Of a stretch of 64,000 nucleotides of DNA, positions 1-12,525 are shown piece after piece; the first letter of the stretch is position 1; each line of letters opens with the position of its first letter. The position numbers and the translations under genes were made by a program. Under the pieces are notes generated by a model. The model made no database searches. It was not told the DNA's origin and saw nothing but the letters and a program-made list of their open reading frames with translations. The stretch comes from Ramazzottius varieornatus (Eukaryota > Animalia > Tardigrada): contig BDGG01000001.1 of assembly GCA_001949185.1 (NCBI GenBank), positions 5,865,591 through 5,929,590 on the forward strand. Reading direction: 5' to 3'.

Positions 1-3000
1 AGCATTTCTGCAAAAACGACGAACGTGCCCCCTAGCGGCCTTGTCTTGATTTATTTCGCAGGCTTTTTAACATTAGCGGGATGCTCCTGACTTCCAGAGC
101 CTATATCTCCTCATTTTATCTCGTGAATCTCTTCAAACTTAATAGAAGACTCGGCAAAGTTGTCGTTACAACGTATAAACAAGCAGTGGAAGATTCGGTC
201 CAGTGGGCATCGAGAAAAAAGCCTGACCGAATTACAGTGTGAATCTCACCCTGACATAATTATGGAGTCTTCCTCGTAGGACTATAAGTTCAAAAACACA
301 TGAAACATCGTGAGGTTACGCACTCACCCACCCATCGCTGTAAGCACCAAGACGGGCAGCAGTTATCCGGAACTACAATGCAACTGCTCGCACTGACAAT
401 TACGGCTCTCAAAGGCGAAACTGGCTCGGTGGTGTAATCACATTAGCTAAATCCGTGAACACGCCCGAAAATCTTTCTGACAAGTCAGAAATTCAGTGTG
501 ACCGCTCTCGTTGAGAGTTCTGTGCTGCGGATAAAAACGGGCAGAGGGTTGCGGTATATCAAATGTGGGAGAAACCACCATACAGCATCCGACAAGCCGG
601 GAAGCAAACGACTTCATCACAAAAAGTGATAGAGAATGGTAGAGGAAAAACGTAGTTGACCCTCGATGTTGATCAAGTTTTGGTGCAGTTACGGGTCGCT
701 TACGAACGACTCGTAATTATATAGAAGCTGTGATGTCGGCTGCAATCACTAGCCCAAATCTACGGAGGTGGTAGAGCAAAGCCATCAAGTTGTGATCCCC
801 CAGTCACTGTAGTTTGTCTTTGAAGGCCCTGATGCAGCGACTCCACTTCTCGTAACTAGCGCGTTTTTGCTCTTTACGAAAATTTTCCATTACTATAACT
901 GGAAAAAACCATCACGGAAAACGTCATCTCGGGAGAGGAGCAATCTCCAGACCCATCACGTATTTCTAACTACTGGCTGAAACGAGGAAGTAGAATATAC
1001 CTCATAACTGTCGTAATTTTTTTGTCGAAAGTTAATGCATGTATATTCCTCTCATTCGAGTATATAGACTTAATTATCATAAATTCACAAAGAATACAAT
1101 AATGAAGAGGTAGCTACAATGATGGAGATGCCAGAACGGATGCGGACGCGATGGTCATTAGTACGTCCTTTATAACCACACCAATCACTTGTACCACATT
1201 ATTCTTGACAATAGCAGCATTGCGAATTAACTTAGGTTTGGACAAAGATAGAAACCGCGTGTCCGTTCCGCTCTTGCATGGACTGCAACACGAAAATTTA
1301 CGCCGTAGTAGTCTACGGGAATATAACAGGGATTACGTCAATTAATAAGTTTCGGAGTTTTTGTTCCTTCCTGGTTGCTCCCGCACTGTATTTCCGGGTC
1401 TTCCGTTCAAACCACCATATATTTCAATCAACCGAATGTTGTGTCGCGTTATCGCTCATGTCGGACGCGGTGCATTTCGCACTTTTCTTAATTTACGTAA
1501 AGTCATATAGAAGTCATTACGAGAAGCTATCACGGACTTCCGTCAAGAGCTCAGAAATGAGTGATTCCACTTCTCCTGTCATAACCGACTCGAAATGATC
1601 GAAAGTAGAATCACTCATTACGGAGGTCCGTTATGGTTCTCCGTGATGAAGTGGAATCGCTGCATGAATGTCAAGCAGGAATGCAACCCACTGGATATCC
1701 ATCCTCGGCTGGCAGTCCGTTGTCTCTTGGGACCAGATCGGTATTGAATCAGCGGTAACCAGCACGAGCCTACCATCCACGAAAATCAACAACCAATGTT
1801 TGAGTACTGCAAAATAGTGCTTTCGGTTCGATAAGATAACGCAGCATCTATGCCTATAATGTAGAAACTACAACGATTCAGCCTTGACGTTTCGTAGCAA
1901 ATGTCTGACCGCATAAAACAAAAATCGCTTTTTAGATTGGACATGAGTGATCCAGGCTGTGCCACGATAGGTTCCACATTACACTTACGAATGGTGCGTT
2001 ATTCTATCGAACCTAAATGATTGTTGATATCCGTGGATGGCGGGTCTATGATACCTGCCGGTACATCCATGCTGATCTGCCTGGCATGGAAATACCATTA
2101 GAAAAACTGCAATGCCTTGTAAAAAAGCACCACGGTGAGAAAAATTTGGCAGGCCGATACGAATCATTCTACCGGTACATCTGTTCGGTCGAACGGATGC
2201 TCAAATTCGATTGGCTGTGGACACTTGGTTTTCGTTTACATCCCTTTTGAAAGTTTTTTTGTCGCGGACTGTCTGAAGAGGTCTAGCTCATTTACCATTG
2301 GCCTAACCCCTATGATTTCAGGAATGTGACAAGTCTCTTGCCAGTCCTGGAGAAGGTTGCAAAATACTCGACGATCCTGTGGACACTGCAGTTTCCCGTG
2401 ACATGGCGTCCGAAAACGGTCCAAATGAACCGAAAGCTAGCTATTCTGAATAGTTTGCTTGTGAAAAGTCTTCAGAATTCTTCGGTGAAAATATGGGAAT
2501 CATTTCATCAAGCCTTCGACGTTTTCAGCGATACGACCGACGGAATTCATTTTGGCGGCAAAGGTCTCAACCTTATTTTACAAATAATTCTCAATTTCCT
2601 CTTCAACGGAGTGGCTCCCGAGAAAGAAGGAACCTGCTGTAGCAGCGACGTGCCAAAGATGAGACACTAGGCCTTTCCGCTCACCCTACGTTTTCGGGCA
2701 TCGTCATCGACACAGAAACGCAGACCCTCTCCCTGCCTGAAAAGAAATACACGGACATTTACAGTGTATGTCCTGTGGTAGAAGTGGTCGCACAAAAGAT
2801 CCTGCATGAACTGGACCTGCAGTCCGTAATCGGGTCTCTGATGTTCGCGTCGAACCGCATTCCATCAACTTTTCTATCGACTTTTCCTGCGGCGTCTCTT
2901 TGTTCTTCTTTGCGGATCAAATCCTGAATGATATTTACTGTCATCTTCGTTTCTTTGTCCAGACAAGTTCTATATAACGCTAGCATCAATTATAACCCAA

Positions 3001-4599
3001 AATACCATGGGCAGTACGGGAATACGGCGCAGTCGGTTACAAAACCGAATTTTTGAGTTTGCTCACCGTGGAATTTTTACATATGGGCCACTGGCAGTGT
3101 ACAGTAGAACAGTAAGGCGTGGCCAAATGACACGCCTTACGGTATTGGTATGGACACCCCTGTTTTCAAAACCGCTTTCATGTTCTTATCGAACGTAAAC
3201 TACGTGTACCTGTTTATTTATTCGGGCTTCCTCGTATAATCGCAGTGAGTAAGTGGGGTTTACACCCACCTTTGGTCGTTAAGCATTGCGTAAATAGGAA
3301 GGGTACTTCGAAAGCAAGTAAAGAGGACGGCACTGTTTAGCTGGCTCCCTTCCCTTTGTCAAAGTTTACTCTGAAAGAAAGGATAAATCCACTCTTTGGA
3401 AAGGATGGCGAGTAAACGGTCGCCCTTTCACTTGCTTCAGTTCGATTTTACGACTCAAAGGGTGTCACCTAAACAGTACTTTCCCTGGGTCCAGCGAAGT
3501 GTAGGTGGTAGCTCAATGGCCTCTAACTTTTCCGGAAGCTTTTGCAGAACCTCCATTCTCTGTCGCGAACCAGTTTGAGACGATATATCAAATCGAACTA
3601 AGTCTTTATTTTAACTGAGTAAACGAGGCAGAATTTTTCAGTTGCAACTGCTCAAAGGTGAAAAGTATCAGAAACCGCGCTCAACTTGGTAAGTATAGTG
3701 ACAGTAATAGGTGAAGTGGACATGACAGTGGTGAAAGGTGTAGTTGGGGACGCAGTGCTTATTCCGATACAGTAAAGCCACAGTCAGAATTGCACTTTTA
3801 TAGAAACTCCTAAAGCTACAGTTAAGCGCACAGTTAGACTGAGAATCTCCATTGTTCCTCGGTGAAAGCCACGGTCAAGCGTACATCTACCACTACAGTC
3901 TAACCGAAAACTCAGATTCGACGTCAAATCTCAAAAAATGCAGTTGAAACCACAGTTGGTGCTTTTTTGGAATATCTTAGGACAAAGTAAACGATCTAAA
4001 AAAAACTTCTGGAAAGAAAACCCACCGAAAGGCGTGACTGAAAAGTCACTCGAGTTTCTTACGCGCTCGATCGACGGAGGTCGTTTTCAATAGAGAATTA
4101 AGCAAGGTTCGGCTCCGCACACGTGATCCGTTGTGGTTGGCTGGTTCTTACGCTAATTCAGTTTCTAGCGCTAATCGGGTAGCGAATCACTGTATCATAA
4201 TGCAGCTCATTCCAGAGTCCAGACAGTTAGCTTCCACATGGCTCTTTTTTCTCAAGCATCATCTCGTCGGCTCTGTCCAAGGCCGCATCAAGAACTCTCG
4301 ATCCGAATTCGATTAGAATGTAGAGTTTGGTCACTCTTGAAACAGTTTAAGTTCCCAGTCAAACCTGGTAAAGCATGGCTCACACTCTAAAATTTCGTTC
4401 GATTTTCTCCGGATACTATCTAATCAACAGTAAGCAACTGGAAGCCATTCCAACGATTCACTGACCTAATTTTTCCTTCCATTACCCATCATTTTCCTCC
4501 AAGTTTCACTTGAGCATTTCCTTGGAAATCACCATCCACAAACTTCCTCCGACGTCGGCTTTCGTAAACTGCCACTTCCTAATTCCTAACCGCTGATTA

Positions 4600-4742
4600 A
4601 TGTAATGCTTCTTGAACTTCACGAATCACGTGATCGTACGCGTGGAGTTGAACCCCGGTCCGGTGACTATACCCTACCAGCCCCCGGGGGGATATTTTGC
4701 GCGTATCGTGACGTGTTTCGCGAAGTTGAAGAAGCATTACAC
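4600..4742. mobile_element. MITE (Tc1/mariner-like, TA-flanked), ~140 bp foldback
   Basis: Inverted termini tgtaatgcttcttgaacttcacgaa ... ttcgcgaagttgaagaagcattaca with TA on both sides. A related copy lies at 8570-8688. Confidence 0.7.
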
Positions 4743-5901
4743 TAAAGCGAACTACATCAAGAGTTTTTCCTTTTTTATTTAAGGCAAACTGCGAGCGAGC
4801 CGAAGTCAAAGCGAACAGCTTGTACCCACATGCCGCTATCCAACTAGATCAGAATTCCACCTTCACGTCTGGTGGTAAGTGGTGTAAAGGCAACGCATCC
4901 TTCCTGGTGAACGACTGGACCTCTTGCGGCCAGGGGTGGCTATGAGGACCGAAGTATCTGAGTGGGCGAGATCGGTGAGAGTAGGGGACCAGGATCCCAC
5001 AGGAGAACTCTTGTGGCTAATCCCATTCTTCGCCTGTCATCTTCTGCTTCAGGTTTGTTGGGACTGGGCGCTTTCTATAGCGGCAGCTGGTTACAGTCAT
5101 AATGGCCGAAGTGAGTAACCAGACAACCTTCAAGCATCAAATTCCTAGAGATTATACCCGTAAAGGAAAATTCAGCATTACGTAAGGGAAGATCAAAGGC
5201 GCCGAATGGACCCCCCCCCCGCACAGGCGCATCTGNNNNNNNNNNNNNNNNNNNNNNNNNNNNNNNNNNNNNNNNNNNNNNNNNNCATCAGCACACGCCA
5301 GATGCGACTTCTCGGTGACCACTTGACGGAGATGAGCTCACAAATGAGACGGCTCGTAGACAATCTTCTCTCCGGCTTCCCTGGAGATGATCATCGTCCT
5401 TCTGGCTATCACATCCATCTTCCGAAGTTCCGTGGGTAATGAGTATGGAGAGAATCTCGCGAGGAAAAGAAAGGAGAACGGAAATAACTTGGAAGCTGGG
5501 AGAATGAAATTCAAGTTTGGGATTCGAATTTCGAAACGTAATACGCCAATACGTCAATAAAATCAGCTAAAACAGAATTTGAAAATTCTGTGCAGCGATC
5601 TTAAGGAAAAAATAAGCGGTGGATAGCTGCACAGAACAAAACTTGTACGCATGCTGTGGTTATCGAATTCATTTTGTCGTACACTGCAAATGGCCATAAG
5701 TGTGCATGTAGGTGCGTGATAGGAATCAACTACACATGCAAGCACTAATTCTCGATCCGGTACAGCGCGCCAGCCAATAGCAATACGTTTGGCTCAAAGC
5801 CCGCACCGAAAAGTGCCATTCTTTTGCGGTCAAACTTAGCATTTTCCAACGCACCCTTTAAAAGCACCTCGCTTCGTTCGGCTTGACAAGCAGGTGCTCG
5901 C

Positions 5902-6538
5902 CAGTGTCATTTTACCATGACTTTTGGAATTCTAATTTCTATTACTATCATTAAAAATCTACCAGGCTTCATAATTTTAATTTTAGGAAACGGTTCTCGT
6001 AGAATTGTCTATTATCTATTAACTTTATTTATGTTAGTAGCAGCAATCTTAATTATTTCAATTGCGGGGCGATGGAAACTGGCACTTTTCACGCCATGAT
6101 AGCACACTGTTAGCTCTTCAGTCGTTGAATCAATGCACCGCAGCATAACAAAACGTACAATTCACGGTGAGCGAAAACGAAACTATCTGGTGCGCAGCTC
6201 GTTTTCCATAACCCGGTGCGCAAACTGAGCTTGTACGCAGTACCTAGGATACGTTTCGCAAATGTCGCCTGATGTCAAACAGTAGAAACGATGCAGAAAA
6301 TACCATCGATTGCGCAGTTTCAACCCCCTTTCCGCATTTCAGTCCCATTTTAATTGCAGTTTGGCTTAATTTTAATTATCTATTCTACTATCCCACCATC
6401 CAGCCAATTTTACTATAATTTCACTATATAGTAAAATTCGTCGGCTAAGTTTGGCAATTTCAATTATGGTAGTAAAATTTAAAAGAGCCGGTTTTCGGCC
6501 ATTTTCAATTATATACTACAATCATTAAAATAACACTG
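5902..6538. mobile_element. Non-autonomous hAT-type element
   Basis: TIRs cagtgtcatttta / taaaataacactg; 8-bp TSD gtgctcgc / gtgctggc (1 mismatch); internal ttttcaattat-type repeats. Confidence 0.7.
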
Positions 6539-6644
6539 GTGCTGGCGTTCGGCTCGCCCAGCTTGTTTTCCCAGCTTGTACTGAGATCGACAGGACGATG
6601 GAAAGGTACATTATTATTTGACCGTTTATTAAGACATCCGGGTA

Positions 6645-8913
6645 CACGCGGCTGGCCTAATTGTGGAGATGGACAAAATTATGAGGACGATATTCCCGAA
6701 ACAGCGGCTCCGCCAACTGTGTTCTCTTACGATTGAAACAGAACTGGCTTTCACCATACATGGCCGCTCTACATCTGATTTGATTAAAGCTTCTGATGCG
6801 ATCGAGCGGATCGACTGGAACCGGCAAACCTCGACAAAGCATCAAGATGAGCAGGAAATAGCGTAACTCAGTTCTCCAACTGCGACAACAGGCAGCTAAC
6901 GTTTTCCTGATATTTGAGGTAGAAAAAGGAACTAAACTTGTCCGACTACGGAACGATATCAGCTTTTGACCTTCTTCGATCTGCCTTTTTTCGAAGCGAC
7001 GGGTAAATCTGCTTTAGCAGACATCGATCTTGTCCTTTTATTAACGGCCACTGGCAGTTCGATCTGGACAGTCTTCGGTCTTCCACGCTTTTTCGGCACT
7101 TCACCTGCAGTTTCCGAAGCTTTGCTTTTTTTTGCATCCTTCAGAGCCTGTCGTGCCCAATTTCGTTCCTCCTGCTGCGACGAGAACGTTTCTGTCTCGG
7201 TGTCGAGAACGTTTCTGTCTCTCTCAAAAGCAAGTCTCTGATCCTTCGGTTTCTCCTGTTTTTTCCGGCTTCGAGAATGAGAAAGCTTCACCTGCTGGAG
7301 CTAATACGGTCTCCGCAACTGACATGTGACAGCCATAGATGCCTACGATGGATTCAATACTCGCATTAATTTTATCGTCATCCCCAGAAACTCTAGAACG
7401 AAGAATCTCGGCCACGTCCTTCATCGGCGAACTTTCCTTAGTCAGCACGGGCAATGCGGGTGCGTCTTGAGCTGCTAACTTCTTGTCGACAGTTGCACGA
7501 ATCGTCCCGGGTGAAAAAAGGAATATGCCATTATTCTTGAAGCCGCTCTTCAGTGGTGCTTCGAACTCGAAAGAGAATCTGGAAGCTTCTGGGGTGTAGA
7601 GCAATGCCAAGTGCCTAGCAAAGGTGTTGCGAGTCATCTGAAGAGTAACATAAATTTCCAGAAAGCAAAGTTAATTGATAAGAACTTCAGGCAATGCTCT
7701 TTACCTCGAACGAAGGATCAAGGCGTTTTGACGCTTTATAGTTAGTCCACTTTGACCTTCATAAATCCGAACGTGCAGTTATCCAACGGCTGCAATTTAT
7801 CCGTTTGTCCCGCAGGAAGACAGATGAGTTTGATGTCTTTCCCGGAGTCTCTGCATAGTTTGAAAAGCTGAGCGTTGTTGACATGACTGTAATGTCCATC
7901 GCAAAGAACGACGCACTACAAAATAGCAAACGCAGATCACAGTTAAAATCATAGCTCGCATCACAGTAACAAGCATCAGACACCTATCATCCACACATTT
8001 GATAGCGTAAAAAACGTGATACCTTCTGGGGCGCATTCGGCAAGATAACTTTCCGGAAGTAATCCGTTATGACATCGCAGTCCATAACCCCCGTACCGCT
8101 CACTGCGATGTACAATTTGCCATCGGTATTATCGAACATGCTTTTCAGGTGATAATGCCGTCGAACAGGACCAATGGCTTGTACATTTTTCCGGCTGCGT
8201 CTCCGCAAAACAAAGTGCTGACAGCGTAACGAGTAGTTCCGTCGGGGTAAGAAGGAACATGCTTCATACCTCTTGCGGCGTAGCCTTTCTCCTTCTCAAA
8301 ACCCAACATGAAGCCTGATTCATCGAAGTTTATTATAGCAGCAGGGTCCGAGAGGTATCCTTCGCTTTCAAGTTTAGCTAACAGGCTGATCCAGTCTTCG
8401 GCACATTCAGGAGTCCATCCCGCGCCTGCTTGGATCCCATACGAAGGGAAACCTGTTTCTCATGGTCACGCATGAACCGACGGTGCCACTTTTCACTAAA
8501 GACTGCACCGATACCTGAGAAGAAAGGAGCAATTAGTTTCACTGAACATTTTTCAGAAACGAAAATGTACTGTAATGCTTCTCGAACTTGGTGAATGACG
8601 TCACGGTTAGCGCAGAGTTTACGGGTACGATAACGCATACGGTACACGCTTACAATGACATCATTCGCCAAGTTAACTGACCTTACAGTACCTTTGCCGA
8701 AGCTTATTCCATCCACAACAGAACGGAGATCGTGTTTGTTCATCGGAAATCCGCTGTTTCCAAACCCGATCAACATGTCCACCAGTAAAGCCTCTTCTGT
8801 TGTATCCAGCTTCGTTTTTCGCCCAATCTTCTGAGCTGTGGGGGATTTCTCGTAGCGGACAATAGTCATCTGAGGAACGCGAAACGTTAGCGAAGCTTTA
8901 GGCCAGTCGCGTG
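6645..8913 (-). mobile_element. pogo-family (DDE_1) DNA transposon, defective copy A
   Basis: TA-flanked TIR cacgcggctggcctaa / ttaggccagtcgcgtg. Fragmented transposase ORFs (8378-8932, 7987-8208, 7224-7637, 6959-7291) are clearly homologous to copy B. It has frameshifts, and the 5' end is deleted down to the TIR. Confidence 0.88.
8570..8688. mobile_element. MITE nested in transposase intron 1 of pogo copy A
   Basis: ta|ctgtaa...ttacag|ta; internal inverted repeat aacttggtgaatgacgtca / tgacatcattcgccaagtt; similar to the 4600 MITE. Confidence 0.7.
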
Positions 8914-9717
8914 TACTACACATCAGAAACAAATGATTTGGTCATACAGGTAAAATGCGGGTCCCACATTAATTTTGAGTACTTGGCTGGTGACTGAACA
9001 AAGCATACGTTTCGTACTCCGATGCGCCAGCGGTGTTCTAAATCTACCCTTGAATTGACCGCATGTTACGGCGATCTGCTCTGGATAAGCAGAGCACGGT
9101 AACTAGAGGCAAAATGAGATAATGCGCGTGCTCGCCTAGCCTCGCTGATCCTCCTCAGTTCAGATTTTCCTCCTGCGCGGATACCATCGCCGTTCCTGTC
9201 GTTATCCACTCCACAACCGAGAACAGTTCCACTTAGAATTAAAATCGTTTTCCGTGCAAACATACACGAAAAATCAGTAAATGAGGTGAATCAAAGTCGA
9301 CTGAGGTCCACTAAACGTCCCCGAAGAATCAAGAAATCAATCAGAACTACTAGCAAGTAGCGGACGAGAATCAATTAAAGGTAAACAAACATCAATCAGT
9401 AAGACGAAATAAATTCCCGAATACTTCTCGAGACAAATCTCTGGTCGACTAGACATCCGTCCACCGGCTCGAGCATCCAGCTTGGCTCGTCTGTCGTCGA
9501 AGAATCTGAAACCAGACGACAGGAATATTTTCAACGTCAAGATATCAGGAGCATAGCAAAACCACCTGATCGAGGCAATGCGCCGATCGAAGTTATTCAC
9601 CTGCACTGGCCTGTAAACTCCAATCCTGCAACCGCCGCTTATTGGTGTTCTCCCGTCCTCTTTTGGCGAAGATCCCGAAAGGTGATCCGTAGGGTTCGTA
9701 CAAAAAGAAGAAATAAC

Positions 9718-10176
9718 TAGTGCTGGTAACGATATGGTATACCGATATCGTATCGAAATATATCGAATCTTTGCGATAAAATATCCGGCAAATATCGTAT
9801 TGAACATATCGATATGAAGCTCATATCGAATAACGCACTAAAATATTCGGCGATATCGTATCACGCCATATCGATATATTTTCGATGTATCGGTATTTCA
9901 CTGAATGGCAAACTCGCCAGTTATATCTCGTTTACGGAAGACCATGGTTGATTTCAAAGACTTGATTTTGGCCATTGAGTTTCTGGGCTTGAACCAGTGG
10001 AATTCCGAAAAACTAAAATTCCAGAAATATCGATACATCGCTGCGATATGATACGATATATCGAAAAAACGGTAACGGAAAAATATCGTATCGAAATATC
10101 GATATCGAATGAATATCGAAGTCCGCAATAAAATATCCGTCGAGATTGTACTGAAAAATATCGTATGCCAGAAATA
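9718..10176. mobile_element. ATCG-rich non-autonomous element (hAT-like)
   Basis: Starts tagtgctggtaacgatat and ends atatcgtatgccagaaata (imperfect TIR); dense cgatat/atatcg subterminal repeats; no clear TSD. Confidence 0.55.
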
Positions 10177-10197
10177 ATGGTCGACCAAACACAATAA

Positions 10198-10626
10198 GGG
10201 CTTATAAAGATAGATTACACCGCTGGTGTAATTAAAACGCTGGCGTAATTGGCTCCACCCACACCCTTGCGATTGGCCTATTCATTCCACCAGACATTAC
10301 ACTTTCGGTGTGATTACGAGTCGCTCCGGAACGACTCGTAATTACACCAGACTTAACAACATCCCGAGTGCGCTGTACTCCCCTCAAAACCTTCAAATCT
10401 CACTTCCATGACGAAGTTTCTCGCTGCTCGTCCTACTGGTGAGTGTATGGTGGTTTTTCCGACATCAAAGATCTCATAATCCTCCGATCGTGCTTGCCTG
10501 CAGTGCGGGGCTTTCAAAGCAAGCCGTTACACCGCTTTCCTAACTGGTTAAAAAAGTTTTCTGGGCGTATCCGCCAAAGTATCTGGTGTAATTACACCAC
10601 GAAGCCAGCTTAGTCTTTGTAAGCCC
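10198..10626. mobile_element. MITE (PIF/Harbinger-like or TA-type)
   Basis: TIR gggcttataaaga / tctttgtaagccc; flanks TAA/TTA; repeated gtaattacacc motifs. Confidence 0.65.
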
Positions 10627-10871
10627 TTAATGTCGTCAGCAGCTCGTGAAAATCTGCTAAGTTCTCTTCCTAAAAGTAAACGATAAAAAGATTCAAAAAG
10701 CTTCGGAATGTAGTCGAGCTGCAACGGCTGTGCCGAATACTTGCGCTTCTTGGCAATGGAGAGAATGCCAGAGGTAAGCCAGCTACGACTTGCCAGTACT
10801 GTTAGCCGACCAATCAAAACCCGACGGCGGTTCGTTCCTTCAAAGTGCAAGCTTCGCACGTAGCTTCGTAG

Positions 10872-11040
10872 TAGAGCACGGACTCTGGCCGCATGCGCTG
10901 CACTGCACTGCAGCTGTGCTGTGCTGCAGCACAGCAGCAGCGCGTGAACTGACGAAATTTGTGCGGCACAGCATACAGCGCCCTGGTAATGTGCGCAGCA
11001 CAGTTGCAGCGTACTTTTGGACCTGCGGCCCAGTGCTCTA
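10872..11040. mobile_element. hAT MITE, TGCAGC-rich
   Basis: TIR tagagcac / gtgctcta and a perfect 8-bp TSD cttcgtag (10864-10871, 11041-11048). Confidence 0.85.
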
Positions 11041-12525
11041 CTTCGTAGCAAGCTGAGGCAAGCTGCATCCCTCGCAACTTCTGTTCGGAACAGCGACGGA
11101 TATCAAACCTATCGGACGGGGGATGAAAAACGTATCGATGGCTGGATAATTCTCCCGGATGAATTCCAATTCAAAATATGTTCCACTACGCCAGCGAGAA
11201 CGTTTTACGCCGGATACAGCGTTGTGGTTTGGATATGGAACTCCGATGGCATAATCACTGTAATCTGGGGTTAAACTCTTGGTGTAGTTTTGCACTTTAA
11301 TATGTGGCTCTCGAAATAATGGATAATTTCGCAGTTGCAAATATGGTTTCCCGGAGAGCCTAAAAGAGCACACAACGATAAATCCCGAAACGAGATATCC
11401 AGAGCGGTGTTATTTTACTATGCAACTAAAATTATCAAAAGTCGCGTGCTAATGTTAGATATTTTGTCATGTGTACAAAGGGTGGTGTTGTTGGAAAAAT
11501 TTTGCATACGTGTTTCAAAACGTATGTATGATTAGAGTACGGATTTTAGAAAGGGGGTTCTTGGTCCTAATTCTGACTTTGACGATTTTGGCCTCAGGTT
11601 GTAGAGAAAACTTAGTGTTGACGAATGCCACCAACTGTCACGAAATGACATGACTAGTTTTGGAGAAATCAATTGTGGAAGTTTTTCTCAACCCGGAAAA
11701 TTTAATTTTCCCCCATAATTAATAATATTTAGAAAATCGCCAAGCCCGAGTTGTGTACTCTGCCTCGTAGTGCGAGATTAATCGTTGCACGCGAAGGCGG
11801 CTAGAGGTCGCGGGGGGGGGGCAAGTCAAGAAAAAACTACCGTAGAATTCCTCCTGAAAGGTCCACAATCCTTAATTTTCAAAAAGCCCGCAATCACGGA
11901 ATTGCGTTGGACTCCGGCCGTCACTGGTCACACCTGATGTCGTGCGTAGATTTTGCACAGAGACCCGAGTAGATTTACTCCTGGAAATACCCCGCCGTTT
12001 CTTGCATCTTCATACTGAAGAGCAGCACCATGTGTTACTATCGCAAAAACTGAGCTTTTTGCACTTCTCAGGGCTGCTTCTGAGGAATTCTGCATTATCC
12101 CTCACTGTGGCAGCGGACTGCTCGTGAAGCTTGAAAAAAGTCTTTTGCTTAAGCAAACCATGCTTTCTCAGTTCTCGATGGCAAGGCTACCGCGACAAAA
12201 ACCGGATCGGTGTTAGTGGCTAACGCACAGAAGTCTCTCATCTCAATATTTTTACAAGGAACGGAAACCGACTAGGTCGGCTTTGTTAACAGGTCTTGTC
12301 GCTTCACATCGTTCACCGAAAATAGAGTATTTATCCGTTGATCCCCTAGCTAGCAGCAGGTCAGCTTCTCCATCATGAAAAAGTGAAACGCATGATTACC
12401 TGCACACGCTGAGAGACTGTTGTCTTTTATCCTACAATGGTGCGTCTGTCCTTAACATCGATTGTTTGTCATGGGAATTTTCCGTTTTAAACTAGTCTGA
12501 TTTAGCTGTGCTTTGCATACCAGAT

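Noticed and set aside
1650-3000. Possible decayed gene or transposase fragments
   Set aside because: Short ORFs on both strands with some splice-like signals, but I could not recognise a family or build a consistent model.
3775-3960. Repeated aagccacagt-like motif as a regulatory array
   Set aside because: Degenerate and irregular, probably a transposon subterminal region; no termini identified.
9337-10194. Ile/Arg/Tyr-rich ORFs and a possible CRISPR-like repeat pattern
   Set aside because: Irregular CGATAT subterminal repeats with no constant repeat-spacer period and no cas genes, in a eukaryotic context.
10548-11077. Cys/Ala-rich ORFs resembling metallothionein or keratin-associated proteins
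   Set aside because: They are translations of the TGCAGC-rich hAT MITE.
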